From Azolla caroliniana (taxonomy: Eukaryota; Plantae; Polypodiophyta), in the NCBI GenBank assembly GCA_043228905.1, contig JBHGNT010000003.1, positions 14,880,001 through 14,944,000 on the forward strand: a stretch of DNA of 64,000 nucleotides. Reading direction: 5' to 3'. Positions 63,640-64,000 of this stretch are shown one piece after another; position 1 is the first letter of the stretch, and each line of letters opens with the position of its first letter. Below the pieces are notes generated by a model, which saw only the letters and a program-made list of their open reading frames with translations, was not told where the DNA came from and ran no database searches. A program made the position numbers and the translations under genes.

Positions 63640-64000
63640 TGAATTGTATTCTATGTTCCACATGTGGCTATTTTCATGTTTAACATATGTATTTGCATGC
63701 GGAGTATGAATGCCTATGTTAAAAAAAAAAAGATTATTCATATTGTTTCTTGGAACGATATGGAAAACTTTGTTATGACGTGAGTTTATATGCGCTTAAG
63801 CTAGAGATTGTTTCATATATATTTCTTTTAACTCGATAACCTGCCCAAGTTTGGTCACAAATTCTAGAGTCTCATCACACTGTCGTATCAGAGGTGTTAC
63901 AGAAATCTTTCATGCGTGTGCTGGAATAGTGAAAATGGGAAATTGCATGTTTGTAATCAACACACAGATGGTGAGAGAGATGGAAGGAGAGACATGTTAA

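Overview
Eukaryotic, repeat-dense plant nuclear DNA, most consistent with a non-seed land plant (moss/fern/lycophyte-like TE repertoire; inferred, not proven). It holds one intact host gene (single-exon P-type PPR, 34258-36453, minus), a possible gene 5' end near 63.4 kb, and otherwise nested transposons: L1 and RTEX/L2-like LINEs, a tRNA-derived SINE, several Ty3/Gypsy and Ty1/Copia elements and solo LTRs, hAT-like and mariner-like non-autonomous elements, and an 11.7 kb MULE carrying a SWIM transposase, a zinc-finger/Ulp1 protease gene, a captured REF6/ELF6-like zinc-finger fragment and a 19-unit ~250 bp tandem array. Most notable: (1) two LTR elements with unrelated LTRs both lack a polypurine tract and instead carry a tRNA-Arg 3'-end-like sequence ending in CCA next to the 3' LTR, i.e. 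a primer-binding site facing inward from each end, suggesting tRNA priming of both strands; (2) four solo LTRs with TGTCG...CGACA-type ends all sit in 4 bp target duplications centred on CpG; (3) three different LTRs carry an antisense tRNA-like A/B-box module. All homology calls are from motif recognition; no searches were run.
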